Below, one piece after another: positions 50,268 through 62,690 of a DNA stretch of 64,000 nt. The DNA comes from Octopus bimaculoides (taxonomy: Eukaryota). The notes beneath the pieces were generated by a model. The model was not told where the DNA came from. It ran no database searches and saw only the letters and a list, made by a program, of their open reading frames with translations. Numbering within the stretch: position 1 is the stretch's first letter; every line of letters begins with the position of its first letter. Made by a program: the position numbers and the translations under genes. The stretch spans positions 163,801,968-163,865,967 of the forward strand of contig NC_068983.1 in NCBI RefSeq assembly GCF_001194135.2. The letters run 5' to 3'.

Positions 50268-51889
50268 ATATATACATATCTCATCATCATCATCTATTTA
50301 TATATATTATATATATATATATATATGCATATATATATATATATATATATATANNNNNNNNNNNNNNNNNNNNNNNNNNNNNNNNNNNNNNNNNNNNNNN
50401 NNNNNNNNNNNNNNNNNNNNNNNNNNNNNNNNNNNNNNNNNNNNNNNNNNNNNNNNNNNNNNNNNNNNNNNNNNNNNNNNNNNNNNNNNNNNNNNNNNNN
50501 NNNNNNNNNNNNNNNNNNNNNNNNNNNNNNNNNNNNNNNNNNNNNNNNNNNNNNNNNNNNNNNNNNNNNNNNNNNNNNNNNNNNNNNNNNNNNNNNNNNN
50601 NNNNNNNNNNNNNNNNNNNNNNNNNNNNNNNNNNNNNNNNNNNNNNNNNNNNNNNNNNNNNNNNNNNNNNNNNNNNNNNNNNNNNNNNNNNNNNNNNNNN
50701 NNNNNNNNNNNNNNNNNNNNNNNNNNNNNNNNNNNNNNNNNNNNNNNNNNNNNNNNNNNNNNNNNNNNNNNNNNNNNNNNNNNNNNNNNNNNNNNNNNNN
50801 NNNNNNNNNNNNNNNNNNNNNNNNNNNNNNNNNNNNNNNNNNNNNNNNNNNNNNNNNNNNNNNNNNNNNNNNNNNNNNNNNNNNNNNNNNNNNNNNNNNN
50901 NNNNNNNNNNNNNNNNNNNNNNNNNNNNNNNNNNNNNNNNNNNNNNNNNNNNNNNNNNNNNNNNNNNNNNNNNNNNNNNNNNNNNNNNNNNNNNNNNNNN
51001 NNNNNNNNNNNNNNNNNNNNNNNNNNNNNNNNNNNNNNNNNNNNNNNNNNNNNNNNNNNNNNNNNNNNNNNNNNNNNNNNNNNNNNNNNNNNNNNNNNNN
51101 NNNNNNNNNNNNNNNNNNNNNNNNNNNNNNNNNNNNNNNNNNNNNNNNNNNNNNNNNNNNNNNNNNNNNNNNNNNNNNNNNNNNNNNNNNNNNNNNNNNN
51201 NNNNNNNNNNNNNNNNNNNNNNNNNNNNNNNNNNNNNNNNNNNNNNNNNNNNNNNNNNNNNNNNNNNNNNNNNNNNNNNNNNNNNNNNNNNNNNNNNNNN
51301 NNNNNNNNNNNNNNNNNNNNNNNNNNNNNNNNATATATATATATATATATACACTCGTGCATGTGTATGAGCATGCGTGTAGTGTGTGTGCATGTGTGTG
51401 TGAGTGTGTTTGTTTATGATAGTGTGAAGAATTGCATGCTTGTTTGACAGTGACGTAAAACGAAGAGCTACGCTTAATGGTTTGGTGTAAAGCTCTGGGA
51501 AATAGCAGGAAACACTTCCATTCATGTTGTTAATCACCTCAGTACAACTGGAAGGAAGTAAAGATGAGGACATTAAATAGTTTCCATTGGCTTACAGCGT
51601 ACAACTAGCAACTTTGAAAGAGCAGTCTTTATCACAGAAGTTGGAATAGACAAAAATAAAGTAACCATAGTGTAGCGGGGGACTAGTGATACAATATTTC
51701 ATGTTATTATTATTATTATTATTATTATTTGAGAAACTTATTTCTGTAATTTTATTGCATTCTTTTTGCTACATAGCTCAGCTGTGTGGGCCTTACGTGT
51801 GCATAATATTTGGTTTGATTGTCATATTATTATATTTTATGTTTTTATTTGTAATGAACCTTCATATATTACACTTGTGGAAAATAAAG

Positions 51890-51933
<44 letters not shown>

Positions 51934-52072
51934 GTTGTTGTTTGTAATTTTCCTTTGAATTCTACATCTTTCTAATATCTTGTCAAGTGTCACCCTGATA
52001 CCTGAGGCAAAATTTGTTAATACACACGTTTAACAATCAATTGGTTTCCAACTGTCACCAATATTAGAAACA

Positions 52073-52079
<7 letters not shown>

Positions 52080-52119
<40 letters not shown>

Positions 52120-52173
52120 GTGGATGATGAGGATGATGATGATGATTATGATTACCACCACCTTCACCATCAC

Positions 52174-52214
<41 letters not shown>

Positions 52215-52254
52215 CCATCATCACCATCATCACTATCACCATCACCACCACCAT

Positions 52255-52330
<76 letters not shown>
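52080..52330. repeat. Compound (ATT)/(GAT)/(CAT,CAC)/(ATT) microsatellite
   Basis: Direct reading. Confidence 0.95.
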
Positions 52331-52830
52331 GAGGTGGTGAGTTAGTTGCATCGTTAGCGTGCTGTACAAAATGCTCGGCAGCATTTTCGTCTGTCTTTTA
52401 TGTTCTGAGTTCAAATTCCACTGAAGCTAATCTTGCTTTTGCTCTTTTCAGAGTTGATAATGTAAAGCACCCATTGGACACCAGGATCAATGTAACCACC
52501 TAACCCCTTCCTCCCAAAATTGTTAGCCTTGTGCTAAAATTTCAAAGATCTATCATCATTAAGGAATTTTCTGATGCTTTACATTCTGAGTTCAAATACT
52601 ACCAAGATCGACTTTGCCTTATATCCTTTTTGAGCCAATGAAATACGAACCAATTGAGCCCTGAAGTTGATAGGATTGACAAAGGCCCCCACCTTAAAAC
52701 TTTCGGCTGTGTGGCAAAATTTCAAAGAATTTTTTACTCTTATTACTATTCCACAAAGTTCAACTCTTCTCTTCATCCTTTCAAGTGGATAAAATAAGTA
52801 CCAGAAGAGCACTTGCCTTATGTTAAAATT
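52330..52830 (+). mobile_element. Two to three SINE family C copies
   Basis: GAGTTCAAAT...CTTTGCCTT...GATAAAATAAGTACCAG motifs. Confidence 0.75.
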
Positions 52831-52834
52831 AGAA

Positions 52835-52866
<32 letters not shown>

Positions 52867-53261
52867 TTAACGTCTGCTTTCCAGTTGCTAATATTCTTTG
52901 AGGTTCACAATTTGCTTTACTTTGACTCCACATACACATCTCATACTTTATACTCATCATTAGTAAAGGCAACTATTAAACGACCCCGTTTCTTCAAGAC
53001 CAATTTCATATTTATTGGTTTCCTTCAAGACAGAAAATGGTATTTCATTTTATTTCAATTTTGTAACTATTTGTCTAAGATTGCTATATTTTTTAGGCAT
53101 TTCTTGTAGTCCATCACTAGATATTTTGTAATAATTCCTCAGTTGCAAATGGCCCTTATTTTTGCTCCATTAACCCTGGTTCTATGATATAAACTTTATA
53201 TTTTAAAGTGATCTAAATTAAAAACTTTCCATCAAAATGTCTTGCTAATTTATGTTCCAAA

Positions 53262-53630
53262 CATCATCATCATCATCATCGTTTAATGTCCGCTTTCCAT
53301 GCTAGCATGGGTTAGATGATTTGACTAAGGACTGGTGAACCAGATGGCTGCACCAGGCTCCAATCTGATCTGGCAGAGTTTCTACAGCTGGATGCCCTTC
53401 CTAACGCCAACCACTCCGAGAGTGTAGTGGGTGCTTTTACGTGCCACTGGCACAAAGGCCAGTCACACGGTTCTGGCAACGGCCATGCTCAAAAAGGTGT
53501 TTTTTATGTGCCACCTGCACGGGAGCCAGTCCAGTGGCACTGGCAACGACCTCGCTCAAATGATTTTCTAACATGCCACCAGCACAAGTGCTAGAAGGCA
53601 AGGCTGGTAACGATTACGCTCAAATGGTGA
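53262..53630 (-). mobile_element. RTE family B 3' end inserted in a piggyBac-like MITE
   Basis: MITE sequence TTCCAAAC|...|ACCAGTTTAATAAT is contiguous across the insertion. Confidence 0.8.
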
Positions 53631-53644
53631 CCAGTTTAATAATC

Positions 53645-53842
53645 CTTTCTAGTGAAGGCACAAGGCCTTGAAATTTTGGAGGAGGGTACTAGTTGATTAC
53701 ATTGAACCCCAGTGTTTCACTGGTACTCAATTTATCAAACCTGAATGCCAAAGTCAACCTCAGCGGAATTTGAACTCAGAACGTAACAGCAGGGGAAATA
53801 CACTAAGCATTTCACCCGGCATGCTAATGATTCTGCCAGCTT
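53645..53842 (-). mobile_element. SINE family C
   Basis: Family C reverse complement. Confidence 0.85.
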
Positions 53843-54650
53843 GCTGTCTTGCATCCATTTAATAATGGCAGTGTTATTTTATTGAATTCTCCATTATTTT
53901 GAAATTTAAATGAAACAAAAAGCAATGCAACTAAACGGAATTATAGTAAGAAAAAGAGGAATAATGATAATTATCTTATTAAGCTCTTTGTTATTTTCAA
54001 AATTCATAGAAACGAATGCAATGGTTTTCAGCAGAAACATAGTAACATGTGAACTGATGGTAAATAACATGTCACTCATCAACTTTTGGGTGGAGCATTC
54101 TAAGTGCAGTAATTAATCATTTTATGTTTTCCTGTCTAGTCTTTCTAATTCCTTTTGAGTCCCAATAATATGATTGCAGTTACCTCTTATAACTGGAATG
54201 TCTGGAATGGTAATATCTGTTACCTTTTTGTGTTTACATTTTGTCATATCAGTCTAATTTATTTCTAATATTTCTTTCAAATTCATACATGTTCTCCCTC
54301 CAAATTCTATAACGAAATGTTTATCTCCCTTCTCTTAATGGTCACTAGGGGACACCACATATTTGTTGCTAACATTATCTTTCCTTTATGCATATAATAC
54401 ATATTCAAGCTTTGTCGAAAACCTTAACCAATCAATACTTTGTTCAATCCATTCGATCACTTTCTATGTTTTATTTGATTGGTAATTGATCTTCGAGGCT
54501 AAACAAGTCTTTATAGCATTCCGTTTGTTCTTCTGGGAATTGTTTTTCTTTGAAGGATTTATTTATCCTTTAGCTGTGAAGACTTTATATTGTATACTGG
54601 AAGAAGTTATGGGTCTGTGGATTTTAGAGGCTGCCGTTTCTTTAGCACTG

Positions 54651-55924
54651 AGAATTAAGAGAAAATATTGGCATTTCAAAGATATTGATTTTTACACTTG
54701 GTGGCATGAATTCCATAAAAATGAGCAGTTTGCCTGTTTTAGATAATCATTTTTATGCAAAAACTAAAAGATAAAAGTGGAGATAATTCCCTCTCTGCAG
54801 TTCTACCTATATTGCGATAATTTTTTATGCCAATGCTCAAGTTCTTTCTGCCAAATCAGCAAAGCAAATATTTTTTCGAATTTGAACTCCAATACTCAAA
54901 GGTCTCTCTTCAGTGAGTTTGTCAGGTTTTAGTCTTTGGTTCCTTCAGCTTTGACAGAATTATTAAATCACTGGACAAAATGCCTTGTGGTATTTGATCC
55001 AGTTTTTTTTTTTATGTTCTGAGTTCAAATTCTGTCAAGGTTAACTTTTGCTTTCATCTTTTTGAGGGTCACTAAAATAAAATACTAGTGAAATATTGCA
55101 GGAGACTTAATAGAATCTCCACCAAATTCCAGAACTTGTGCCGAAATTAAAAACATCTGTATTATCAATTTAAAGCAGCAAGTTGGCAGAACTGTTTACA
55201 CATGCGACAAAACGCTTTAGCAGCATTTCATCTGCCTTCGTATTCAGAGTTCAAATCCCATGGAAGTTGATTTGCCTTTTTATCCTTTTGGAGTTGATGA
55301 AACAAGTACCAGTTGAACGCTGGGGTCGATGTAATTGACTGGCCCCCTCTTCCAAAATTTCAGGCTTTGTGCCTTTAGTAGATGGGATTATTATTATTAT
55401 TATTGGCCCCTGTGCCGGTGGCATGTAAAAAGCACCACCTTACTGGCACTTGAGCCAGTGGTACGTGGAGAACAACATTCAACCGAGGGCATTGCCAATG
55501 CTGCTGGACTGGCTCCTGCGCAGGTGACACGTAAAGACACCATTTGAGCGTGGCCATTGCCAGTACCGCCTGACTGGCCCTCGTGCCAGTGGCACATAAA
55601 AGCACCCACTACACTCTCAGAGTGGTTGGCATTAGGAAGGGCATCCAGCTGTAGAAACTCTGCCAAATCAGATTGGAGCCTGGTGCAGCCATCTGGTTTG
55701 CCAGTCCTCAGTCAAACCGTCCAGAATCATTAGCACACCATGCGAAATGCTTAGCGGCATTTTGTTTGTCATTACATTCTGAGTTCAAATTCTGCTGAGG
55801 TCAGCTTTTCCTTTCATCCTCTCAGGGTCGATAAATTAAGTACCAGTGAAATACTGGGGTTGATATAATAGACTAGTCATCTCTCACCAAATTTCAGGTG
55901 TTGTGCCTTTAGCAGAAAGGATTA

Positions 55925-55973
<49 letters not shown>

Positions 55974-56458
55974 TAAAGCGGCGAGCTGGCAGAATCGTTA
56001 GCACACCTGGTGAAACGGTTAACAGTATTTCGTCTGTCTTCATGTTATGAGTTCAAATTCCACCAAGGTTGACTTTGTCTTTCATCCTTTCAGAGTTGAT
56101 AAATTAAGTACCAGTTGCATACTGGGGTCGATCTAATCGACTTAACACCTCCCCACAAAATTTCTGGCCTTGTGCCTAAAGTAGAAAAGATTATTATTAT
56201 TAAGAAATTCAGAGTTCAAATTCTGAGAAGAATTCGCCTTAACATTTTTGCAGTAAAGAAATTTGTGTACTGGCATAAAAAATTATTATTATTATTATTG
56301 TAGGCAGTGCAGCAGAGATGAAACTATCGTAACTTTTATCTTTCAGTTTTGCATAAAAATGATTATGAAAAGCAGGCAAACTGCTCATATTTATGGTATT
56401 CATGCCGCCAGGTGTAAAAATCAATATCGTTGAAATGCCAATATTTCCTATAAATTCT
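54651..56458. repeat. Long inverted repeat, arms about 54651-54889 and 56212-56458
   Basis: 96-bp core with 8 mismatches; weaker similarity extends to about 240 bp. Confidence 0.8.
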
Positions 56459-56734
56459 TTCAGGTTTTGCTACATTCTTTCATTCTCAAAAAAAAAAAAA
56501 AAAAAAAAAACAATTGAATTTTAACAAATTTACTGATAAATAATTCTCTTCTGTTCTACAACATTTGTTAAGGATCAGATCTCCTGAAAGGTTTCACTTT
56601 TACAGAGAAAATACACGGAGAAAAATATGGAATTCAATGCAAAGCATGTAACATACAAAATTTTTTTTTTGGCAATCATTTGCTAAAACTGAAACATAGA
56701 AAGCAATTTATATTAAAAAATGTATTTATTATTA

Positions 56735-56770
<36 letters not shown>

Positions 56771-56899
56771 CATCATCATCAGCACCACTAGATCATCATC
56801 GTCATCATGATCATCATCATCATCATCATAATAATAATAATCATCATCATCATCATCAATATCACCACCACCACTACCACCACCACCACCACCACCACC

Positions 56900-56933
<34 letters not shown>

Positions 56934-57455
56934 TTGTCATCATCATCCCCATCACCATCACTCCCCCACCATCATCATAATTCAGAAATGCATATTTTTA
57001 TTATTTGGATAATGGGTCAACAGAATCCATACAGCATGGAACAAAATGCCTTGCAGTATTCTTTGTAGCTTTTCACATTTTGAGTTCAAATCCTGCTGAG
57101 GTCAACTGTTCCTTTCATGCCTCTGGGGTTGATAAAGTAAAGTATATGTTAAGTACAGGGTGTGACATAATCGTCAAATATCCCCCACCCCAATCTTAAA
57201 ATTGTTGGTCCAGACCTTTATTCCTTTTATTAAGGTGGTGTGTTGGCAGAACTTTTAGGCCATTGGAAGAAATGACTTGCAGCATTGTTCCAGTTCTTTA
57301 CATCCCAACGATGTCTGCTTTTCTCATCATTTTTTTGGGGTGGGTCGAGGAGGGGTTGATAAAATTAAAGACCAGACTAGGTGATGGAGTGAGCCCTTAT
57401 TGACTAACTCCCTTCTGTAAAAACTACTGACCTTGTGCCTATATCAGAAACCATT
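54955..57455 (+). mobile_element. Array of six co-oriented SINE family C copies plus one RTE family B 3' UTR (55405-55721)
   Basis: Copies at about 54955, 55175, 55722, 55975, 57020 and 57230, mostly separated by (ATT)n tails. Confidence 0.85.
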
Positions 57456-57498
57456 ATCATTATTATTATTATCATTATTATTATTATTATTATTATTG

Positions 57499-57845
57499 TT
57501 CAGTAGTTTTATTTTTATAACGTGCTTTCACTTCACTACTGAGCGCAGCTCTGTGCACCTTGGGTATGTGCTGTGGTTTGCTGTGGTGCTCTTATGTTTA
57601 CTGTATTGAAAGTTTTTTGCGTAGAATGTGTGCAGTACCAAGTAGTGCAATTTTCTGTATGTTATATATATTTGTAAGTCCTGGTGATTTTGTTATGTAT
57701 TTGTCTGAATATTTTTTTATTATACCTAAGGCACCTACTATGATAGGAATTGTTTCTGTTTTTAGATTCCACATTCGAGTTATCTCTATTTCCAGGTCTT
57801 TGTATTTTGAAAGTTTTTCCATTTCTTTTAGAGAAATGTTGTCAT
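57499..57845 (-). mobile_element. RLE (R4/Dong-like) LINE 3' end, subfamily 1 (second copy), runs into a gap
   Basis: DDNISLKEMEKLSKYKDLEIEITRMWNLKTETIPIIVGALG...QKIALLGTAHILRKKLSIQ*; (TAA)n downstream; same 3' UTR as the 9538 copy. Confidence 0.9.
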
Positions 57846-58639
57846 NNNNNNNNNNNNNNNNNNNNNNNNNNNNNNNNNNNNNNNNNNNNNNNNNNNNNNN
57901 NNNNNNNNNNNNNNNNNNNNNNNNNNNNNNNNNNNNNNNNNNNNNNNNNNNNNNNNNNNNNNNNNNNNNNNNNNNNNNNNNNNNNNNNNNNNNNNNNNNN
58001 NNNNNNNNNNNNNNNNNNNNNNNNNNNNNNNNNNNNNNNNNNNNNNNNNNNNNNNNNNNNNNNNNNNNNNNNNNNNNNNNNNNNNNNNNNNNNNNNNNNN
58101 NNNNNNNNNNNNNNNNNNNNNNNNNNNNNNNNNNNNNNNNNNNNNNNNNNNNNNNNNNNNNNNNNNNNNNNNNNNNNNNNNNNNNNNNNNNNNNNNNNNN
58201 NNNNNNNNNNNNNNNNNNNNNNNNNNNNNNNNNNNNNNNNNNNNNNNNNNNNNNNNNNNNNNNNNNNNNNNNNNNNNNNNNNNNNNNNNNNNNNNNNNNN
58301 NNNNNNNNNNNNNNNNNNNNNNNNNNNNNNNNNNNNNNNNNNNNNNNNNNNNNNNNNNNNNNNNNNNNNCCTTTTACCCTTTTGGGGGTCGATGAAACAA
58401 GTACCAGTTGAATACTGGGGTTGATGTAATCAGCTATACCCCCTCCCCTTTGTGCTTATAGTAGAAACGATTGTTTTTACTATTATTTTCAAGGTTATGA
58501 GAGGGGTGTTAAACTTGCTCAAGCATCAGATTAAATGTTAAACAGCATTTATCTTTATCCTATCGTTGAGTTGATGCTATAAGTACAATGGATTGATTAA
58601 GATTTACTCTTTTTGTGAGAGCATAGCCTTGTAGCAATA

Positions 58640-58950
58640 GGAGTAATCATCATCATCATCATAATCATTATCATCGTCATTGGCATCATCATTGTCATCG
58701 TTATCATCATCATCATCACTGTCACCATCACCACCACCGTCGTCGTGGTTGTCGTCATCATCATTGGCATCATCATTGTCATCATCATCGTTATTGTTAT
58801 CATCATCATCATTATCATCAGCATCGCCATCATCATCATCAGCAGCATTGTCATTGTCATCATTATCATCATCGTCATCATCATCATCATCATCATCAAT
58901 ATCAGCATCATCATATCATCAGCATCAGCATCATCATCATCATCATAATC
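58640..58950. repeat. (CAT)n-type degenerate microsatellite
   Basis: Direct reading. Confidence 0.9.
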
Positions 58951-58958
58951 GTTAGTTT

Positions 58959-59152
58959 TGAGCAAATACGAAACATGTATTGAGCAAATATGAAACATGT
59001 ATTGAGCAAATATGAAACGTATTGAGCAAATATGAACCATGTATTGAGCAAATATGTAACATATTGAGCAAATATGAACCATGTATTGAGCAAATATGAA
59101 CCATATATTGAGCAAATATGAAACATGTATTGAGCAAATATGAAACATGTAT
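58959..59152. repeat. 22-bp minisatellite, 9 units
   Basis: TGAGCAAATATGAA(A/C)CATGTAT; two units shortened to 20 bp. Confidence 0.95.
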
Positions 59153-60906
59153 GAAAATATATCTCATGGCTTCACTTTTCTCTCTCTATCGCCATGTGGC
59201 AATTATTTATCATGTAGCAAATTTGGCTTTCCATAATTTCAGCTCCATTTTTGTTTTTTAAATTGAAATTGATATGGAATGTCAAAGCGAACCAGTGAAG
59301 CGTGCTGGGTTAAAAGGGATACCTATGAAAAGATTAAAATGGATACTTGTTTATTTCAGCCTGAAAAGTAAACAATTCATAATGGCCATCCAAAAACATG
59401 ATGGAAGAGCACAGTTCAAAGCTGCTCAATTATGTTTAAGCAAAGTATGCTTCTGTCTTTATATTAACATCGAAGCCATCAGAGGCATTTTGCTCTTCTA
59501 ATATTCATCAATCATTTTAACTACACGTCCACATAACCATCTTTTCATGTAAACAATTTATGAGGTTTCTAAATTCTATTTATGAATATTAATATCTACA
59601 AACCCCACTGCAAATGTAAAGTTTACATCTTAACTGGGAAAGTATTTTGTCACAAGTAATACATCATATTGGCGACTTCACTGAACTCTTGTGACAAAAT
59701 TTAGTTTATATTATAAGAAAATATACCAAGCACTGAGTGAGTAATCTACTGGGTAAAAATATTTAAATTATAGTAAATAGTCAGATATTTTCTCAATTTT
59801 GGGGTCAGACGATGTCAAAGTAAAAAAAAATTACTTGGGGTTTTCAACTTTGACAGAGCCACAAAATACATTTTATTTAGGCCAGCTTACAGAAATGGTC
59901 TAAGGTAAAATATCAGAGCAGATATCAAAGAAGCTTTGTATTATGATAACATACAAAGATCATTATTTCATATATTTGAAATAAATATATTATTTTAAAG
60001 ACTAAATGCCAGATCAAAAATTTTCACTAAGTGTTGCCATTACGAGAAATATCTGCTGAACACTAAAAGATCATACTAACACTTGAGTGAAAAGATCAAT
60101 ACTTCATTATTTCCCAGGAGTAATCACACTGTATACTTTCTTCAATTTTAACCCATTAACAAATTCCAAATCCCTTAGGCTCTGTTATTTACACCATCAA
60201 TTCCAGTAACTCATTGATAATGATCTCATTCATAATTCATAATTACTGTCCTTTAACTTATGACATTCACCAACATATAACAGTTTGTTGTAAATTATTA
60301 GATCGAGATGTACATCAGAATTGTAATAGATTTTGTGCCTGTGACCTTTCCAACCAAGAATGTTAATACGTTTATTCCTAAGATTTGCTTGTACATATCT
60401 TTTTCTGACGATATATTTCATAGCATTTATCACATTCAATAAGAGTTGTGCCTGAAAAGCAAACACAGTTGATACAAGCATCCAATCTTATAGAATAATA
60501 AATCAAACCCTGCATTCTATCATTATATTGAGGACTTTGTTGAATGTGGCACTTTTCCTTTTTGTAAATTGAGAAAATATTTTCAATTGTGTATGTGTGT
60601 ATGTGTGTGTGTGAGTGTGTGTGCAACAAAAACTTATTGTATGTGTGAAGGTGCCTAGCCTAGTGATTAATGTGTTATGTTCATGATGGCAGGATTGTGG
60701 TTTCAATTCTTGAACCGGCTTGATGAATTGTATTCCTGAGTAATATCCATCTCATTCTGCTTCACAATCACTTTGGCACATGACATGTGGTACACAGTGC
60801 ACCTGTTCAGGTAATGTCAATTTAATGGAGTGAGTGAGCTAATGTGCAGCACATACATTTGATCACTAGAAACAAATCATCACACTCAGATGTGCTTTTA
60901 ATGTTC

Positions 60907-60959
<53 letters not shown>

Positions 60960-60988
60960 AAATAAGCAACAAGGATATCCAAAGTTAA

Positions 60989-61076
60989 TGCAGTATGATC
61001 GTTTCATGCAACTCCATTTAATTGAACAATGTAAACGTTATATCAAATATAAAATGTAGAGCAATCTTCAGCTGCA
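60989..61076 (-). ncRNA. Minimal type-I hammerhead motif, family E copy 3
   Basis: UGCAG-CUGAAGA-U-UGCUC...GGAGUUGCA-U-GAAA-C-GAUC-AUA-CUGCA; palindromic GAUC loop 3. Confidence 0.75.
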
Positions 61077-61601
61077 CAAAGACATAGAAATTTAGAAATT
61101 TAAAAATTTAATGAAATTAAATTTGAACAGAAGGACATATTTTTATAATTAAATCTAAACTCTCCAAGTAGAAAGGAGGAATACAAAAAACCATTTTGAC
61201 TTAGCCAGACCATACAGGCTAGTAACTAAACATTCTAAGCAGATTTTAACTGTCACTGATTTTATTTGTTTTTTTGGTTCTGAGTTGTGGACTATCTTAT
61301 CAGACCTAGAGATTCAAAGCTTAAGAGGACATTGGCATTTTCTTTGTAGGGTAAGGGGTAAACACTATAGACAGTAAACATGGATGATATAGTTATAAAA
61401 TTTCTTAGGGTTTGGTGACAAACTACTACAGAGGTGGGGGGGGGTTCTCTACTAGCAGACCGGTTTATAATGGAACAGGGGAAGTCTTATCATATAGCAC
61501 TTAGGTCAAACGTATATAAAAATGAAGTTGCTGTATTGTATACAGATACAGTAAATGCATCTGTATTTGTCTCTTTTGTTCCGCTCTATAACCAATGCTT
61601 C

Positions 61602-61642
<41 letters not shown>

Positions 61643-62469
61643 CAAGCCACACACATTTTTACACTTATGCACATCTTCATTGCCATTCACACATATATTG
61701 GGATAAAAGTTCATATAATATCTATGTTAACTAAATAATCTATGTTGAACTCTGGAGAAATATCATTACAATCCATTTACTATTTGTTCAGATAAATCTT
61801 TTCATAAACCATTGAATTTACCATAATCATCATCATCATCATTATCATTTTATGTCAGCATCCTATACCAGGATGTGGGAATATATGATGACAATGGTAT
61901 ATGATGGCTATGATGAATACAATGATTTATGACAAGAATTCTGAGAAAATTCTTTTAATTTTTATATCATTATAAATCAAAACTCTAGATTTGTAACAAA
62001 ACTGCTATTTCCCTGCATATTTATGTGTTATCCCACACATGCATTCCTCTCATTATATCATTATTCTAATCAAACAGTAATTTTTATTGAGAATTCATAT
62101 ACTTGCAACTCAATTAACACTTTTGTAAACATTGCAATTAATTTAGTTCATTTCAATTTTTACGTGTTTAAGATAAAAACCAGTTCATTTTTTTGAATAT
62201 TTATCAAGGCCTGTTGCTTTCCTTTATACATTGCACTTGTTTCCCCAGCAAGTTGAACTCTTTCTTGCACAGACCTGTTTTATTACTGTTGTAGTAATTA
62301 ATTTTTTAATCAAAAACTTAATTAGTAATCAAATGTAGTATGCTACTAAGTACAGTTATAGAACACACCACAAAACATATCAATTAATTTCATATTAGAA
62401 AATTGAGGTGCAGGCAAGGCGATATGGTTAAGAAGTTTGTTTCCCAGTCACATAATTTTGGTTTCGGAA

Positions 62470-62690
62470 GGTGTTGAGCTGGCAGAATCGTTAGCACGCC
62501 AGGTGAAATGCTTAGCGGTATTTCGTCTGCCGCTACATTCTGAGTTCAAATTGTGCTGAGGTCGACTTTGCCTTTCATCCTTTCGGGGTTGATTAAATAA
62601 GTACCAGTTATGCACTGGAGTCGATGTAATCGACCTAGTCCCTTTGTCTGTCCTTGTTCATCCCCTCTATGTTTAGCATCTTGTGGGTAA
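62470..62690 (+). mobile_element. SINE family C with variant tail, young
   Basis: CpG-intact head GGCAGAATCGTTAGCACGCCAGG; tail GTCCTTGTTCATCCCCTCTATG also present (reverse complement) at 46260-46300. Confidence 0.85.

Noticed and set aside
58959-59152. CRISPR-like appearance of the 22-bp array (and of 23830-24150)
   Set aside because: No unique spacers, no cas genes, eukaryotic context.
59361-59445. 85-nt AG...GTATGC exon-like segment (LKSKQFIMAIQKHDGRAQFKAAQLCLSK)
   Set aside because: No recognisable homology and no compatible neighbouring exon; such signals are common in AT-rich DNA.
59644-59700. 13-bp perfect inverted repeat with a 31-nt loop
   Set aside because: Plausible by chance in 64 kb of AT-rich DNA; no second copy or TSD.
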